Positions 33,129 to 43,567 of a stretch of DNA of 55,178 nucleotides are shown piece by piece. The notes beneath the pieces are model-generated. The model worked only from the letters and a program-made list of their open reading frames with translations. It did no database searches and had not been told where the DNA came from. Every line of letters begins with the position of its first letter. Within the stretch, counting starts at the first letter, position 1. Position numbers and translations under genes: made by a program. This stretch comes from Podarcis pityusensis (Eukaryota), in assembly GCA_964106645.2 (NCBI GenBank), contig CAXKZF020000068.1, one strand, 5' to 3'.

Positions 33129-33517
33129 ATGAGGTTCATGGCTGCGTCGATTGCGGCGCGTACCCCTGCCTTGTAAGAGCGCTGGGTTGCATCAGTCCCG
33201 GTGATCCAGGCTTGAGCAGCAGGGCCTGACATCTGTTCATTCGGGAGAACTTCGACAGTGTCAGTTTCTGTGACATCGGATATCAGTTCGATGGGGCTGA
33301 CCTCTAGCGCCTTGGCGACGATGAACAGTTCGTGCACGGTTATTGACTTTCGTCTTCCTCCTTCGAGGTTGGCGAGAGTTGTTCGGATGGTCGGGTATCC
33401 GAGTTCTGTGCAGGCGTTGGCCAAGTCTTGGTAACTCATGCCAAGGGCAGTTCGACGCTCCCCGATGCGCGTCACGATGGTGTGCGTAATTCTTTCAGGC
33501 CACTCCATATCGTTCAT
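33125..33517 (-). CDS. Xre-family HTH regulator (inverted, within tail operon)
   Basis: RRTALGMSYQDLA...TLANLEGGRR...ELF.VAKALEVSP; -10 TATAGT 8 nt before ATG. Confidence 0.85.
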   Translation of the reverse strand: MNDMEWPERITHTIVTRIGERRTALGMSYQDLANACTELGYPTIRTTLANLEGGRRKSITVHELFIVAKALEVSPIELISDVTETDTVEVLPNEQMSGPAAQAWITGTDATQRSYKAGVRAAIDAAMNLI

Positions 33518-33546
33518 AAATACTGACTATACCCGAAAGGCCAGTG

Positions 33547-33951
33547 ATGGCTTACAAGGATTTGGATACTTTCTTCGACCCGGATCTGCACCTGCCGATC
33601 CGCGGGAAGACGTACACGGTGCCCGCACCCGGCGCACCAGAGGCCGCACGGCTACGGAAGCAGGTCATCGCGGAAGGTGTACCGCCAGTCGAGCAGGTAT
33701 TCGAGGCACTGAAAATCCTCGGCGCCGAGATCGACCCGGAAACCGAACTGTGGTCGGGCGGCGTCTACGACGAGATGGTCGCCGATGACCTGCCTTGGCC
33801 GATGGTGTTGCACTCAGGCCGCACCGCGATTCTCCATTACGGCTTCTCCGCCGATATCGGCGAGGCCCATTGGGCGCTAGCGCAACTCGGCAAACTCGTC
33901 GACCTCGAACAGGCCACCGAGTTCCTCGCCACGATCAAACCGAAAACCTGA
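33547..33951 (+). CDS. Second tail assembly chaperone paralog
   Basis: KDLDTFFDPDLHLPIRGKTY aligns with RDLAELMDPELVLPIGGREF; shared Y.(E/Q)M....WP....GR....HYG.S. Confidence 0.75.
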   Translation: MAYKDLDTFFDPDLHLPIRGKTYTVPAPGAPEAARLRKQVIAEGVPPVEQVFEALKILGAEIDPETELWSGGVYDEMVADDLPWPMVLHSGRTAILHYGFSADIGEAHWALAQLGKLVDLEQATEFLATIKPKT

Positions 33952-33970
33952 ACCCTTGGAGGGCTGAGCG

Positions 33971-36900
33971 ATGAGCTTGGACGTTGGTGAGCTCGTAGCC
34001 CGACTGACATTGGACGATTCCCGCTTCATCCAGGGAACCCAACGATCCGAGCAGCAGTCACGGCAATCCACACAACGGATCAGCAACGGCTTCCAGGACA
34101 TCACCCGCGCCGCCGCCCGCGCAGGCGAAGCAGCACAAGCCGTGGAAATCAACCGGCAGTTGGACCGGCAGGCGCAGCAAGCCGCGCAACGCATCCAAGA
34201 GTTGGAACGCAACGCGCAACGCGCCGACCAGTCAGTCGACGACATCGTCATGAACGACCGACTTCTCAACGAAGCCCGCGACGCTGCACGAGGGATCGAC
34301 GAAATCCGTGCCGGCGCACGGCAAGCAGCTGGTGCGCTGAACGACATCGAACTAGGTAATCGCCTTCGGGAGGATTTGCAGGCCGCTCAGGGTGACCTGG
34401 ATGACCTGTATCGGCAGGCTGGTGACGGCGGTGCTGGTGCTGGTGATCAGGCTGGCGGAAACTTCCTGTCCGGTTTTACTGACACGATCGGCAACCTCGC
34501 GTCGTCGACCGGCCCTATCGCTGGTTCGCTGCTTGGTGTCGCTGTCATCGGCTTGACGGCTGGCGCTGCGCTCGCTGCGGCCATCAAAGAGGGCATGGAG
34601 CAGGAGAAGACGCAGGATCTGTTTCAGGCACGTACTGGTGTCACGGAAGGACAGGCTCGGAAGTTCGGTCTTGCCGCGGGCGAGTCCTACGCGGATGCGT
34701 TCGGTGAGTCTGTTGAAGGCAACTTGGACACGGCGAAATTCGCTTTGCGCAACGGTCTTCTGGATCCAGCTGCAACGCAACGTGACGCCGAGAAGATGAT
34801 CAACAGCCTCGATGGTGTCGCCACGATCATGGAAGAGGAGATCCCTGCCGTTGCTAAGGCAGCTGGTCAGGCTCTTAAGACTGGGTTCGCTGTCGACGCG
34901 CAGGATGCTTTCGACCTGTTCACGAAGGCAACCCAGCTTGGTCTCAACAACTCCGAGGACTTCCTCGACACTGTCAACGAGTATGGAACCCAGTTTCGCA
35001 AGCTAGGTCTGACTGGTGCCGAATCGATCGGTCTGATGTCCCAGGCCGTGAAGGCGGGCGCACGTGACACTGACCTCGCAGCAGATGCTTTGAAAGAGTT
35101 CAGCATCCGCGCAATCGACGGTAGCGAGTTGAGCGCAAAAGCTTTTGCTGATCTTGCATACGAGCAAGACGGTGTTGCGCTGAGCCAGCAGGATCTCATT
35201 GCCAACAACGAGAAGATGTCGGAAGGGTTCGGGGCCCTCGGGTTCAACGCCGAGGACATGGGGAAGAAGATCGCTGGCGGTGGAGAGGGTGCACGTGAAG
35301 CTCTAGGCCAGGTGTTGGACAAGCTGCGCGGGGTCACTGATGAGCAGGAACGCGCCACGCTAGCAACAGCTCTTTTCGGCACGCAGGCTGAAGACTTGGG
35401 CGACGCGCTCTATGCGATGGATCTTGATACGGCCATCCAGTCGATGAACGACTACGAGGGTGCGGCGTGGCGTGCGATCAACGTGATGGGCGGCAACGCC
35501 TCGACATCCGTTGAAGGCGCGATGCGGTCCATCGAACTTGCTGGCGATGGCATGAAAGCTGCTCTCGCGCAAGCATTCGGACCGTACATCAAAGACTTCG
35601 CAGACAACATCTCAAACAACCGTGCCGGTGTGATCCAGTTCTTCATCGACATCGGCAACACGGTGTTCGAAGCGGGCAAGTCAGTCCTCGGATTCGTAGA
35701 AGGCGGGCTTCGTGGACTGGCCGAGTTCGCTGTCTCGGCGTCCGAGACTGGTGCGTCGTTCCTGGATATGGGTGCGAACATCCTGTCAGTGGGTGAAGCG
35801 ATCCCCGTTTTCGGTGACCTGCTGGGGCTCGCGACAGGTGGCGCTGCGGACAAGATGCGGGACATGGCCGACAAGACTCGCACTGGAGGCGAGGGCATCT
35901 CGAACATGTTGGAAGGCGCTGCTGACGGTATCCACGACACTCTGATTCCCGCTTTGGGTCAGGCTCAGGACAGGTTCAACGAGTTCGCTGGGGACATGAA
36001 GTTGTCGGCGGCGTTCAACGATGAGTCGGCGAAGGTGAACAAGGCGATCGCTGATATTGGTGTTGGCGCTGATGGTGCTGCGATCAAGATTGAGAACTGG
36101 ACTGGTTCGATCGATCGCAACAACGAGGCGCAGGTCCAGATGGAAAACGGGCTCAAGGGCATGTCCGATCAGTTCGTCAATCAGATCAAGACGGGTATGG
36201 AAGCCGGCAATACCGTTGAGGCTTTGACCGGTCAGTACAACGAAAACCGAAACGCTCTGATCGAGCAATTGATGGCCACTGGCATGTCGAACAAGGCAGC
36301 GGTGGACTACCTGAATGTGCTCGGACTGACGCCTGAGTTTGTTGACACGAAGATCCTGCAATCGGGCATGCCTGAAGCCAAGTACGAGTTGGACGTGTTG
36401 AAGGACAAGGTCATCGATGTCCCGGACTCGAAGACCATCCACACTCAGGCGTTGACTCAAGATTCGATGGATCAACTCAAGGCGCTTGGCTTGAAGGTTG
36501 AGACGCTGCCTGATGGAACGGTCAATGTCACAGCTGAAACCGCTGACGCTGAAGCGCGGATGCAGGAGTGGCTGAGTCGGCAACGTACCCTACGGATCTC
36601 GGCTGTGATCACTGAACGTCGGGTCGCAGCTGGCGTGGACCCGACGTTCATCGGCCCGTCTCTCGCTGATAACGGACTCGCTGACGGCGCTATCCGTACG
36701 CGTGCGGACGGGATGATCGACACCGCACACATTCAGCAGGGTTCAGGGCAGGGCATCTACACGAAGTCCCCGCTCGGGCCGGTGCAGTACGCGGAAGGCG
36801 AAACGCAGTGGGAAGCCTATATTCCGGGGGCGCCGTCGAAGCGGAAACGTTCGGAGGCGATCTTGCAGGATGTGGCTCGCCGCTTCGGATTCGGACTCAT

Positions 36901-38443
36901 CAAACCTGACGCTATCAAGATGGCGAATGGTGGTGTCGTCGAGTCGTTCACCGGCATCGCATCCCAACACGCACCAGGACTGCAACTCACCTCGTCGTAC
37001 CGGGACACCAACGACTACCACGGGCAAGGGAAGGCAGTCGACTACTCCAACGGCTCAGGAAACACCGATGAGCAGTTGGCGTGGGCGAACTATCTCGCCG
37101 ACAACTACCAGTCGCAGTTGGCGGAGTTGATTTACTCGGATCCGCGGTTCACTCGGAACATCAAGGACGGGAAGATCGTCGATCCGTCGTTCTATGGTGC
37201 GGCGACGATGCAGCAGCACGAGAACCATGTGCATGCGGCGTCGAAGGAACCGTTGGGTGCCCCGTCTGGTGCTGGTAAGGATGCGGCTCCTGCTGCTCCG
37301 GATACTCGGACGGAGCGGGAGAAGATCGCCGATCAGGTGATCGCGGAAGGTAAGCGCCGCGGCATCAGCGATAAGGGCATCAAGGCCGCGGTCATGACCG
37401 CCCTCGCTGAAACCGATTTGCAGAACCTCGACTACGGCATGGATGGCGATAACGCCGGCATCATGCAGCAGCGCGATAACGGTGGTTGGGGAACGTTGGA
37501 GGACCGGAAGGATCCGACTCGGGCTGCGGGCATGTTTTACGACAAGCTCGACGACTTCGACTACAACAGCATGTCGGAGGCTGAGGCGGCGCAGAAGGTG
37601 CAGCAGTCGGGCACTGCGGATGGTTCGAATTATGCGGTGAAGGCTGCTGAGGCGGACGAGATCATCGCTGCGTCGAATGCCCGCGGCAACGGCAGTCAGA
37701 TGACTGTTGGCACTACTGACAGTGGTGCTGCGTTGGCGACGGATGGGCAGCGGGTGTTCGTCACCAACTGGCCCGGAACATCGTCATCGTCGTATTCAGC
37801 GCCTGAACCTGCGCCGGCGACAGCGCCTGCTGGTGGTACCTCGGATGCTGCGGGGAAGGATCCGAACCTGATCTGGTCTGGCGGGTTCAAGGTGTTCGAG
37901 AACGGCGGCATGAACCTCCCCGACCAAGCCGGCCTGTATTCGGATGGTGCGGATTTGATTCGGTTCGCGGAGAAGGGAACAGGCGGAGAGTCCTACATTC
38001 CGCACGCCCCGTCGAAGCGGAACCGTTCAGTCGCGATCACCCGTGAGACTGCACGCCGGTTCGGGTACGAGTTGGTGCCGATGGCTGACGGTGGACTCAC
38101 AGGGTTCGGTGGCTATGTGGGGGAGAAGCCGGGGTTGAAGGTGCCGACGACGGCGAATGGTCGTCGTGCTGCTGCGTATAACGCTGCGGCGTTCGGTGTT
38201 GGTGCGGCATTCGCCCTCGCCAGTGGCTTCGATGCGGACGGTAAGTTCACCGGCCAATTCGACACTGGCGCGAACTCTTCCTCCCAGTTGGAGAAGGGGT
38301 TCGAGAACGCGACCAAGGAAATTCAGCCGGTCCTCGAACAGATCCTGTTGGCGATCAAGAACCGTGAGCCGATCCGAGCTGAGGTGAACGTCGACCGCGA
38401 CTCGGGCATGGCGAACATCAACATCCTGAAGGGCGGCATATGA
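33971..38443 (+). CDS. Tape measure protein with C-terminal muralytic-type domains
   Basis: 1490 aa, Ala/Gly-rich and helical; DT.NEY..QF..LG...DALKEF...LFGTQAEDLG core. Confidence 0.95.
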   Translation: MSLDVGELVARLTLDDSRFIQGTQRSEQQSRQSTQRISNGFQDITRAAARAGEAAQAVEINRQLDRQAQQAAQRIQELERNAQRADQSVDDIVMNDRLLNEARDAARGIDEIRAGARQAAGALNDIELGNRLREDLQAAQGDLDDLYRQAGDGGAGAGDQAGGNFLSGFTDTIGNLASSTGPIAGSLLGVAVIGLTAGAALAAAIKEGMEQEKTQDLFQARTGVTEGQARKFGLAAGESYADAFGESVEGNLDTAKFALRNGLLDPAATQRDAEKMINSLDGVATIMEEEIPAVAKAAGQALKTGFAVDAQDAFDLFTKATQLGLNNSEDFLDTVNEYGTQFRKLGLTGAESIGLMSQAVKAGARDTDLAADALKEFSIRAIDGSELSAKAFADLAYEQDGVALSQQDLIANNEKMSEGFGALGFNAEDMGKKIAGGGEGAREALGQVLDKLRGVTDEQERATLATALFGTQAEDLGDALYAMDLDTAIQSMNDYEGAAWRAINVMGGNASTSVEGAMRSIELAGDGMKAALAQAFGPYIKDFADNISNNRAGVIQFFIDIGNTVFEAGKSVLGFVEGGLRGLAEFAVSASETGASFLDMGANILSVGEAIPVFGDLLGLATGGAADKMRDMADKTRTGGEGISNMLEGAADGIHDTLIPALGQAQDRFNEFAGDMKLSAAFNDESAKVNKAIADIGVGADGAAIKIENWTGSIDRNNEAQVQMENGLKGMSDQFVNQIKTGMEAGNTVEALTGQYNENRNALIEQLMATGMSNKAAVDYLNVLGLTPEFVDTKILQSGMPEAKYELDVLKDKVIDVPDSKTIHTQALTQDSMDQLKALGLKVETLPDGTVNVTAETADAEARMQEWLSRQRTLRISAVITERRVAAGVDPTFIGPSLADNGLADGAIRTRADGMIDTAHIQQGSGQGIYTKSPLGPVQYAEGETQWEAYIPGAPSKRKRSEAILQDVARRFGFGLIKPDAIKMANGGVVESFTGIASQHAPGLQLTSSYRDTNDYHGQGKAVDYSNGSGNTDEQLAWANYLADNYQSQLAELIYSDPRFTRNIKDGKIVDPSFYGAATMQQHENHVHAASKEPLGAPSGAGKDAAPAAPDTRTEREKIADQVIAEGKRRGISDKGIKAAVMTALAETDLQNLDYGMDGDNAGIMQQRDNGGWGTLEDRKDPTRAAGMFYDKLDDFDYNSMSEAEAAQKVQQSGTADGSNYAVKAAEADEIIAASNARGNGSQMTVGTTDSGAALATDGQRVFVTNWPGTSSSSYSAPEPAPATAPAGGTSDAAGKDPNLIWSGGFKVFENGGMNLPDQAGLYSDGADLIRFAEKGTGGESYIPHAPSKRNRSVAITRETARRFGYELVPMADGGLTGFGGYVGEKPGLKVPTTANGRRAAAYNAAAFGVGAAFALASGFDADGKFTGQFDTGANSSSQLEKGFENATKEIQPVLEQILLAIKNREPIRAEVNVDRDSGMANINILKGGI

Positions 38444-39258
38444 GTAGGCGATATGTCCTCGAATGCGCAGACGGGACAGTGTGGGATTTCAACGATCCTG
38501 CCTGTCCCGTCTCGTTTCGTACGGAACCGACGGGTACTGAGGGCGCCGAGTTCACGCACGATGACCAGAAGAATGTGGGTCAGGCTGGGGTGTCGTGGGT
38601 TGCCCGCAATGACATGCCGAACTTCATCGGGTTGGACTGCAAGGTCGGGCCTGTCCCGAAGGCTGACGCGTTGCGGCTCGGGAAGCTGTGGCGGCACTCA
38701 TTGGGCCGCGGCAAAGAAATCCACACCTTCTGGTCGATCACCGAAACTGGTGGCGAGAAATTCCAGTACGTGAGGTTGTCGACGAAGTTCGGGCCGATGG
38801 ACATTCGGCTGTTGAAGGACTCCGGGGTGCAGCTCAACGACCCGGCAACACTTCGGTCGGACGAGACGTGGTGGCGTAAGCGACCTGCCGTCAAGACATT
38901 CAAGGCCGCGGACTTCGCAACAGCCGCTATCGAATCTGAATCGGATGAGCCGGTGTGGCCGCACATCGTCATCACCGGCCCCATCACGCTTCCGAAGATC
39001 GGCTGGCAAGGCGAACTCGTCCCACTACCGACCATCGCAGCCGGCGACGTGTGGACCATCAACACCGACCCGAACTGGTTCTCCATCAAAGACGGCGCCG
39101 GCAACGATCGGTCGTGGATCGCCCGTGCCTGGTACAAGCAGATCCCCGGAAACCCAGCCAGCCCAATCACCGTCCCCATCACGATCCAAGGAACCGGCAC
39201 CAACACCAACACCTCGGTGAAAGTGACGCTGCCGCAACTATTCAGGGAGGGCTTCTAA
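38440..39258 (+). CDS. Distal tail protein (Dit-like minor tail)
   Basis: ATGA-coupled to the tape measure gene; VWP.I.ITGP motif. Confidence 0.8.
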   Translation: MSRRYVLECADGTVWDFNDPACPVSFRTEPTGTEGAEFTHDDQKNVGQAGVSWVARNDMPNFIGLDCKVGPVPKADALRLGKLWRHSLGRGKEIHTFWSITETGGEKFQYVRLSTKFGPMDIRLLKDSGVQLNDPATLRSDETWWRKRPAVKTFKAADFATAAIESESDEPVWPHIVITGPITLPKIGWQGELVPLPTIAAGDVWTINTDPNWFSIKDGAGNDRSWIARAWYKQIPGNPASPITVPITIQGTGTNTNTSVKVTLPQLFREGF

Positions 39259-40839
39259 ATGACTGTCGCCCTCCCCGGATACCCGCGCCCCAACACCACC
39301 GAGGTCAAAGGTTTCCGAATCGAGGTCGGTTCACCAGATGCCATGTCGTGGAGGCCTCTTGGCGCGTACATGGCGGGAACCACTTTCGAGTGGGATTGGG
39401 CGATCCCCACCACCGCGGAAATCTACATTCGTGGGGATCATCCGATGGCGTCGTATCTGTCGCACCCGCGGCGGAAAGTCATCCACATCCGCACCACCCA
39501 CAATGGAATCCCGTGGGATGGGCGGGTTATGGAGGCTCAAGTCGCGGGACCGCCTGGCAGGTTGACGATCAAACTGACTTGTGTCTCGAACTTGTTCAAG
39601 CTGTTGCGGGCGTTGGCATGGGTGAACAACATCCTGCCGCCTGAGATCCAGTTCAACATCACTGGTAAGCAGGATGTTGACTGGGGACCACCCGATCAGG
39701 TGATGAAGAAGTACGTGTCGAAGGTGATGACACGACTCCGATCGCCGGTCGTGTCCGCTCTGCCAATCCGCAAAACCACACCCGAGTTGCCGGACCTCGA
39801 CGACATCGACACTCTCGACGACTTGCTGAACATCGTGCACGAGTCACCCGACGACATGATCGTGTTGGCCGCCCGGTTCACCCAGCTCGACGAACTATTC
39901 AAGCAGACCGTCGAGACCTACGAGATCGGCTTGTCCATCAACTTGTGGACGCCGGCTGACGGGTTGCCGTCCCCGCACGTGTTCAACACGCACACCCTCT
40001 CGATGCTGCAATCGGTGATGGACTACACGTCCGACAACTTCCTGAACTTCACCAACCCCGGAAACATCCTCGGGCTCACAAATCCGTCCGAGTGGGGGAA
40101 GTTGCAGAACCCAGGGTTCGTGTTCAACACGCACGCGAAGCGGGACCGCCGCCAGTTTCAGTGGCGCACGGATGGTGATCAGATCGCCTGGATTGAACGG
40201 GTCGAAAAGACTGCGGACGCAACACGTGTTGTGATCGGCGGCAAGGCCCCCGAGATCCTGAATCAGGTCATCGAGTGGGGCGCGAACTTCGCGTTGCAGT
40301 TGATCCTGAACGCCATCCTCCCCGGTCTCGGGTTGGGCAACATCATCGGCGACCTGTTCGACAACGTGTTCTTCGCGTTCCAACAGTTCTGGGATCCCGA
40401 ACTCGAAACCGATTTGGGGGAGTTGGGTCGCGGTGAAGCGTTCGGCGACAACACGTCCGCGTGGTCGTTGGATGGGTTCGCTGTCGGCTTGGCTGCGTTG
40501 AAGGCGCATTCCGGTTCCGAGGCGATCCGGTTGACGGTCGTCGAGGGCGGCGCGGATGGTCGCGGCTTCACGTTCGGAGAAGACGTCGAAGTGATCGACG
40601 GCGTGGAAGTGCACTTCGAGCGCCGCTACAAGCACGGCGACATCATGACTGTCTGGGATGACGGTGTCGTGATCGAGAAGCACGTTTCGAACGTGAAGAT
40701 CACCGAACAGGAAGACGGCCGCATGCGGACTGTCACCACGTTCGGTGATGCCATCACAGTCGGCGATGGCTGGGAGCGCGTCTTGAAGAAGGTCCAAACG
40801 ATCTTCGGCAGCATCCGCGCTATCGCCAACTCAACCTAG
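39259..40839 (+). CDS. Minor tail protein (copy of 184-1764)
   Basis: Identical repeat copy. Confidence 0.8.
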   Translation: MTVALPGYPRPNTTEVKGFRIEVGSPDAMSWRPLGAYMAGTTFEWDWAIPTTAEIYIRGDHPMASYLSHPRRKVIHIRTTHNGIPWDGRVMEAQVAGPPGRLTIKLTCVSNLFKLLRALAWVNNILPPEIQFNITGKQDVDWGPPDQVMKKYVSKVMTRLRSPVVSALPIRKTTPELPDLDDIDTLDDLLNIVHESPDDMIVLAARFTQLDELFKQTVETYEIGLSINLWTPADGLPSPHVFNTHTLSMLQSVMDYTSDNFLNFTNPGNILGLTNPSEWGKLQNPGFVFNTHAKRDRRQFQWRTDGDQIAWIERVEKTADATRVVIGGKAPEILNQVIEWGANFALQLILNAILPGLGLGNIIGDLFDNVFFAFQQFWDPELETDLGELGRGEAFGDNTSAWSLDGFAVGLAALKAHSGSEAIRLTVVEGGADGRGFTFGEDVEVIDGVEVHFERRYKHGDIMTVWDDGVVIEKHVSNVKITEQEDGRMRTVTTFGDAITVGDGWERVLKKVQTIFGSIRAIANST

Positions 40840-40848
40840 GAGAAACAC

Positions 40849-41625
40849 ATGACCTGGACAGGAGATCCCGTCTGGCTCGCAGATGTCTTGCGCGCTGAGG
40901 GAATCAAAGTCGTCGAATACCCCGGCTGGAAAGACCGCGGACACGGCGACATGGGCACGATCTGGGGTGTCGTCGCACACCACACCGGCAACAACCCGCC
41001 CGGCAACAACCCCGGATACATCGCGAACCATCCGAGTCTCGGCTTGTGCTCGCAGATTCACCTGTCCCGAGATGGTGTCGCCACCGTCGTCGGTGTGGGT
41101 GTCGCCTGGCATGCCGGCAGCGGATCGTACCCAGGATTGCCGACCAACGGTGCGAATGAACGCACCATCGGTATCGAGGCGGAGAACAACGGCACCGAAG
41201 GTTGGTCGCCCGCGCAGTACGACGCGTATGTGCGGTGCTGCGCTGCGATCCTCCGGAAGGTCGGTCAGCCTGCCTCGCATGCGATCGGCCACAAGGAGTG
41301 GGCTGGTGCGGCGCAGGGCAAGTGGGATCCCGGCGGAATGGACATGAACAAGTTCCGCGCAGACATTCAAGCTCGAATCGATAACAAGCAGGAGGCTCCC
41401 GTGGGTAGCTCGGAAGTGAAGCAGGTACAAGACTTTGTCGCTGGGTTTTGTGGACCGATTGGTTCAGATGTTAAGGACGTTCGGCAGCAGCTGACGGGTG
41501 GACGTGACGCGGGCGAGTACCCCGGCTGGGACCAGTTAGGGGACCGCACCCTTGTCAATGCGTTGGCTGCGATCGGCGCGAAACTCGGGATCGATGGTTT
41601 CAAGGACCCGAAGGCAGGTAAGTGA
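40849..41625 (+). CDS. Endolysin amidase (copy)
   Basis: Identical repeat copy. Confidence 0.93.
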   Translation: MTWTGDPVWLADVLRAEGIKVVEYPGWKDRGHGDMGTIWGVVAHHTGNNPPGNNPGYIANHPSLGLCSQIHLSRDGVATVVGVGVAWHAGSGSYPGLPTNGANERTIGIEAENNGTEGWSPAQYDAYVRCCAAILRKVGQPASHAIGHKEWAGAAQGKWDPGGMDMNKFRADIQARIDNKQEAPVGSSEVKQVQDFVAGFCGPIGSDVKDVRQQLTGGRDAGEYPGWDQLGDRTLVNALAAIGAKLGIDGFKDPKAGK

Positions 41626-41906
41626 TGACTGCTGATTCTGGTTTGGATGGTTTCGCGAAGTCGTATGTGCAGAACATTCCGTTCGTGAAGCAGAACCGCA
41701 AGACGATCGCGAATGTTGTTGGTTTGCTGGCGAATGTGCTGGTGCTGTTGGTCGGGTTGCCGATCTCGGGTACCGCGCAGGTTGTGTTGGCGATCAGCAT
41801 TCAGGGTGTGTTTGCGGTGTCGGCGTGGTTGGTGCCGAATGCGATCACACCGCAGCAGGCTTCGGAACTCGACGAGTACGTCGGCCGACACCGCAAGCAA
41901 GGGTGA
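41622..41906 (+). CDS. Holin (copy)
   Basis: Identical repeat copy. Confidence 0.75.
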   Translation: MMTADSGLDGFAKSYVQNIPFVKQNRKTIANVVGLLANVLVLLVGLPISGTAQVVLAISIQGVFAVSAWLVPNAITPQQASELDEYVGRHRKQG

Positions 41907-42193
41907 TGGGGGAGTTCTTTTCCGCGCTCCCCATTGAGGGGGGTGTCGTCGTCGGGTTCGTCGTCGGTGTCTTCCTCATGATCGCGAGAGGTGTCCTCGT
42001 CGTCGGCGCTCAGCATCGTGAGCAACTGGACGCTGAGCGGCAGGCGAACACGTACCTCCGTTCAGCGTTGGACAAGGCGTTAACGCTGAACGGTGAGGAC
42101 GCCAAGACCATCGCGAAGCTATCGGCCACGTCTGATCTGTCGGCGCGGCTACTTGAGGAGTGGCGGAAAGAGTCAGCTCAGGGGGCGTCGTGA
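41906..42193 (+). CDS. Membrane protein (copy)
   Basis: Identical repeat copy. Confidence 0.7.
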   Translation: MGEFFSALPIEGGVVVGFVVGVFLMIARGVLVVGAQHREQLDAERQANTYLRSALDKALTLNGEDAKTIAKLSATSDLSARLLEEWRKESAQGAS

Positions 42194-42387
42194 GGTGGCG
42201 TCGGCGTCAACACGCCGAGAACGAAACAGTCACCGAAGCACGGTTGCTGGACGAGGAAGTGGATAAGCGGTTGGCGGCGTCTCGTCGCGCCCGCCCGGAC
42301 CACGAGCGTCGCGGGCAGCGTGTTCAGGATCAGATGGTGCACAACCACTTCGGTGAGTTGTTCCGGCTGAGTATGGAAGGGCGATGA
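42190..42387 (+). CDS. Small lysis-cassette protein (copy)
   Basis: Identical repeat copy. Confidence 0.6.
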   Translation: MRWRRRQHAENETVTEARLLDEEVDKRLAASRRARPDHERRGQRVQDQMVHNHFGELFRLSMEGR

Positions 42388-42704
42388 TGCTCAGAGAAGT
42401 CGGTAACTGGCTGTTGGTGTTCCTCACGTTGGTGTGGTGCACGTTCACTCTGATCTATGCGTTTCGGTCGAAGTGGTGGGCGAATGAGGTTGGTCGGGTG
42501 TTGTTGCCCGAGAAGGTGTTGACGTGTCTGGTGTTGATTCAGGTGGCTGCGTCGGCGATGTCGAATTCGTTGTATCCGGGGCGGGATGTGATTCGCATTG
42601 TTTTGTATGCGGGTTGTGCGGTTTCGGTGTTGGTGTTGACGGTTGTGTTGGTGCGTGTGCAGAGGCGTGAGCGTCGATGTCGATCTAAGTGGGGTGAGCA
42701 CTGA
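42384..42704 (+). CDS. Holin-like membrane protein (copy)
   Basis: Identical repeat copy. Confidence 0.65.
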   Translation: MMLREVGNWLLVFLTLVWCTFTLIYAFRSKWWANEVGRVLLPEKVLTCLVLIQVAASAMSNSLYPGRDVIRIVLYAGCAVSVLVLTVVLVRVQRRERRCRSKWGEH

Positions 42705-43567
42705 TGGAGAAGTTGCCTCCCGGCAAGCCTCGGGATCAAGACATTTGGGGGACGTTCAAAAACAACTGGTTCAGCCAGATTTTTGCGGGGTTCGCGAACA
42801 TCGGCCAGCTGCTCGGCAGCATCGCTGATGCGTTCCTGGGTCGTGGATCCTTCGGTCTTGGACCACTGAAAGAGATCAACGACCGCGGCATCCTGATCAC
42901 CGGATATGGAAACCAGATCGCGAGCTTGGAGAACGTCACACGTACTGGCGTGACAACCCCGGCGTGGGCGTCCACTGGCGGTCGGGACCTGGTTTCATTC
43001 CCTGACACGATGATGCAGTACCTCAGATATACGGGCGAGTTTGGCAGCGAAACGACTGAGACGCCGGTGTTTAACCCTGACAAGCGTTCGGCAGAGTTCG
43101 CTTTCATACGTGGCGGCCTTGACCGAGCCACGCCACTAGAAGTACTGCGCATCATTACTGGCAGCGACGCCAGTTTCTTCGGGATCGACGCCTGGTATCT
43201 GGGGATCTACGGGTATGACAAGCCTAACAATCGAATGATCAAGATCTGGGATTCTGGAGACATCAAAGCGATCTTGTCCAGCCAGCGACGCAGGTACCAC
43301 ATATCAACAGGATTGTCTTTGATGGCCGAGCCTGACCAACTGTTCGCTGTTGCATCACTTCAGATCGCGCCAGGCTTGGGTCAACGAACCCGGGGGCTGG
43401 GCGCCATCACGCTAACCGGGATCTCCGAGGAATCGGGCACTGTACCGCAAGCGCGTCACGCCTCGCTCGCGAATCAGTCCGTTCTTCCATCTGCCGTCTC
43501 TATGAATTCGTTTTCGTACAACAAGGAACGTCTGATGTGGGCGTCGTTAGGAGCTTCAGCGACATGA
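42704..43567 (+). CDS. Minor tail protein (copy)
   Basis: Identical repeat copy. Confidence 0.6.
   Translation: MEKLPPGKPRDQDIWGTFKNNWFSQIFAGFANIGQLLGSIADAFLGRGSFGLGPLKEINDRGILITGYGNQIASLENVTRTGVTTPAWASTGGRDLVSFPDTMMQYLRYTGEFGSETTETPVFNPDKRSAEFAFIRGGLDRATPLEVLRIITGSDASFFGIDAWYLGIYGYDKPNNRMIKIWDSGDIKAILSSQRRRYHISTGLSLMAEPDQLFAVASLQIAPGLGQRTRGLGAITLTGISEESGTVPQARHASLANQSVLPSAVSMNSFSYNKERLMWASLGASAT

Larger units (their letters stand above)
1..39075. mobile_element. Complete temperate siphovirus genome unit (39,075 bp, circularly permuted view) with intact attP
   Basis: Contains a full set of packaging, head, tail, lysis, integration, immunity and replication genes. The sequence restarts at 39076. 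Confidence 0.95.
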
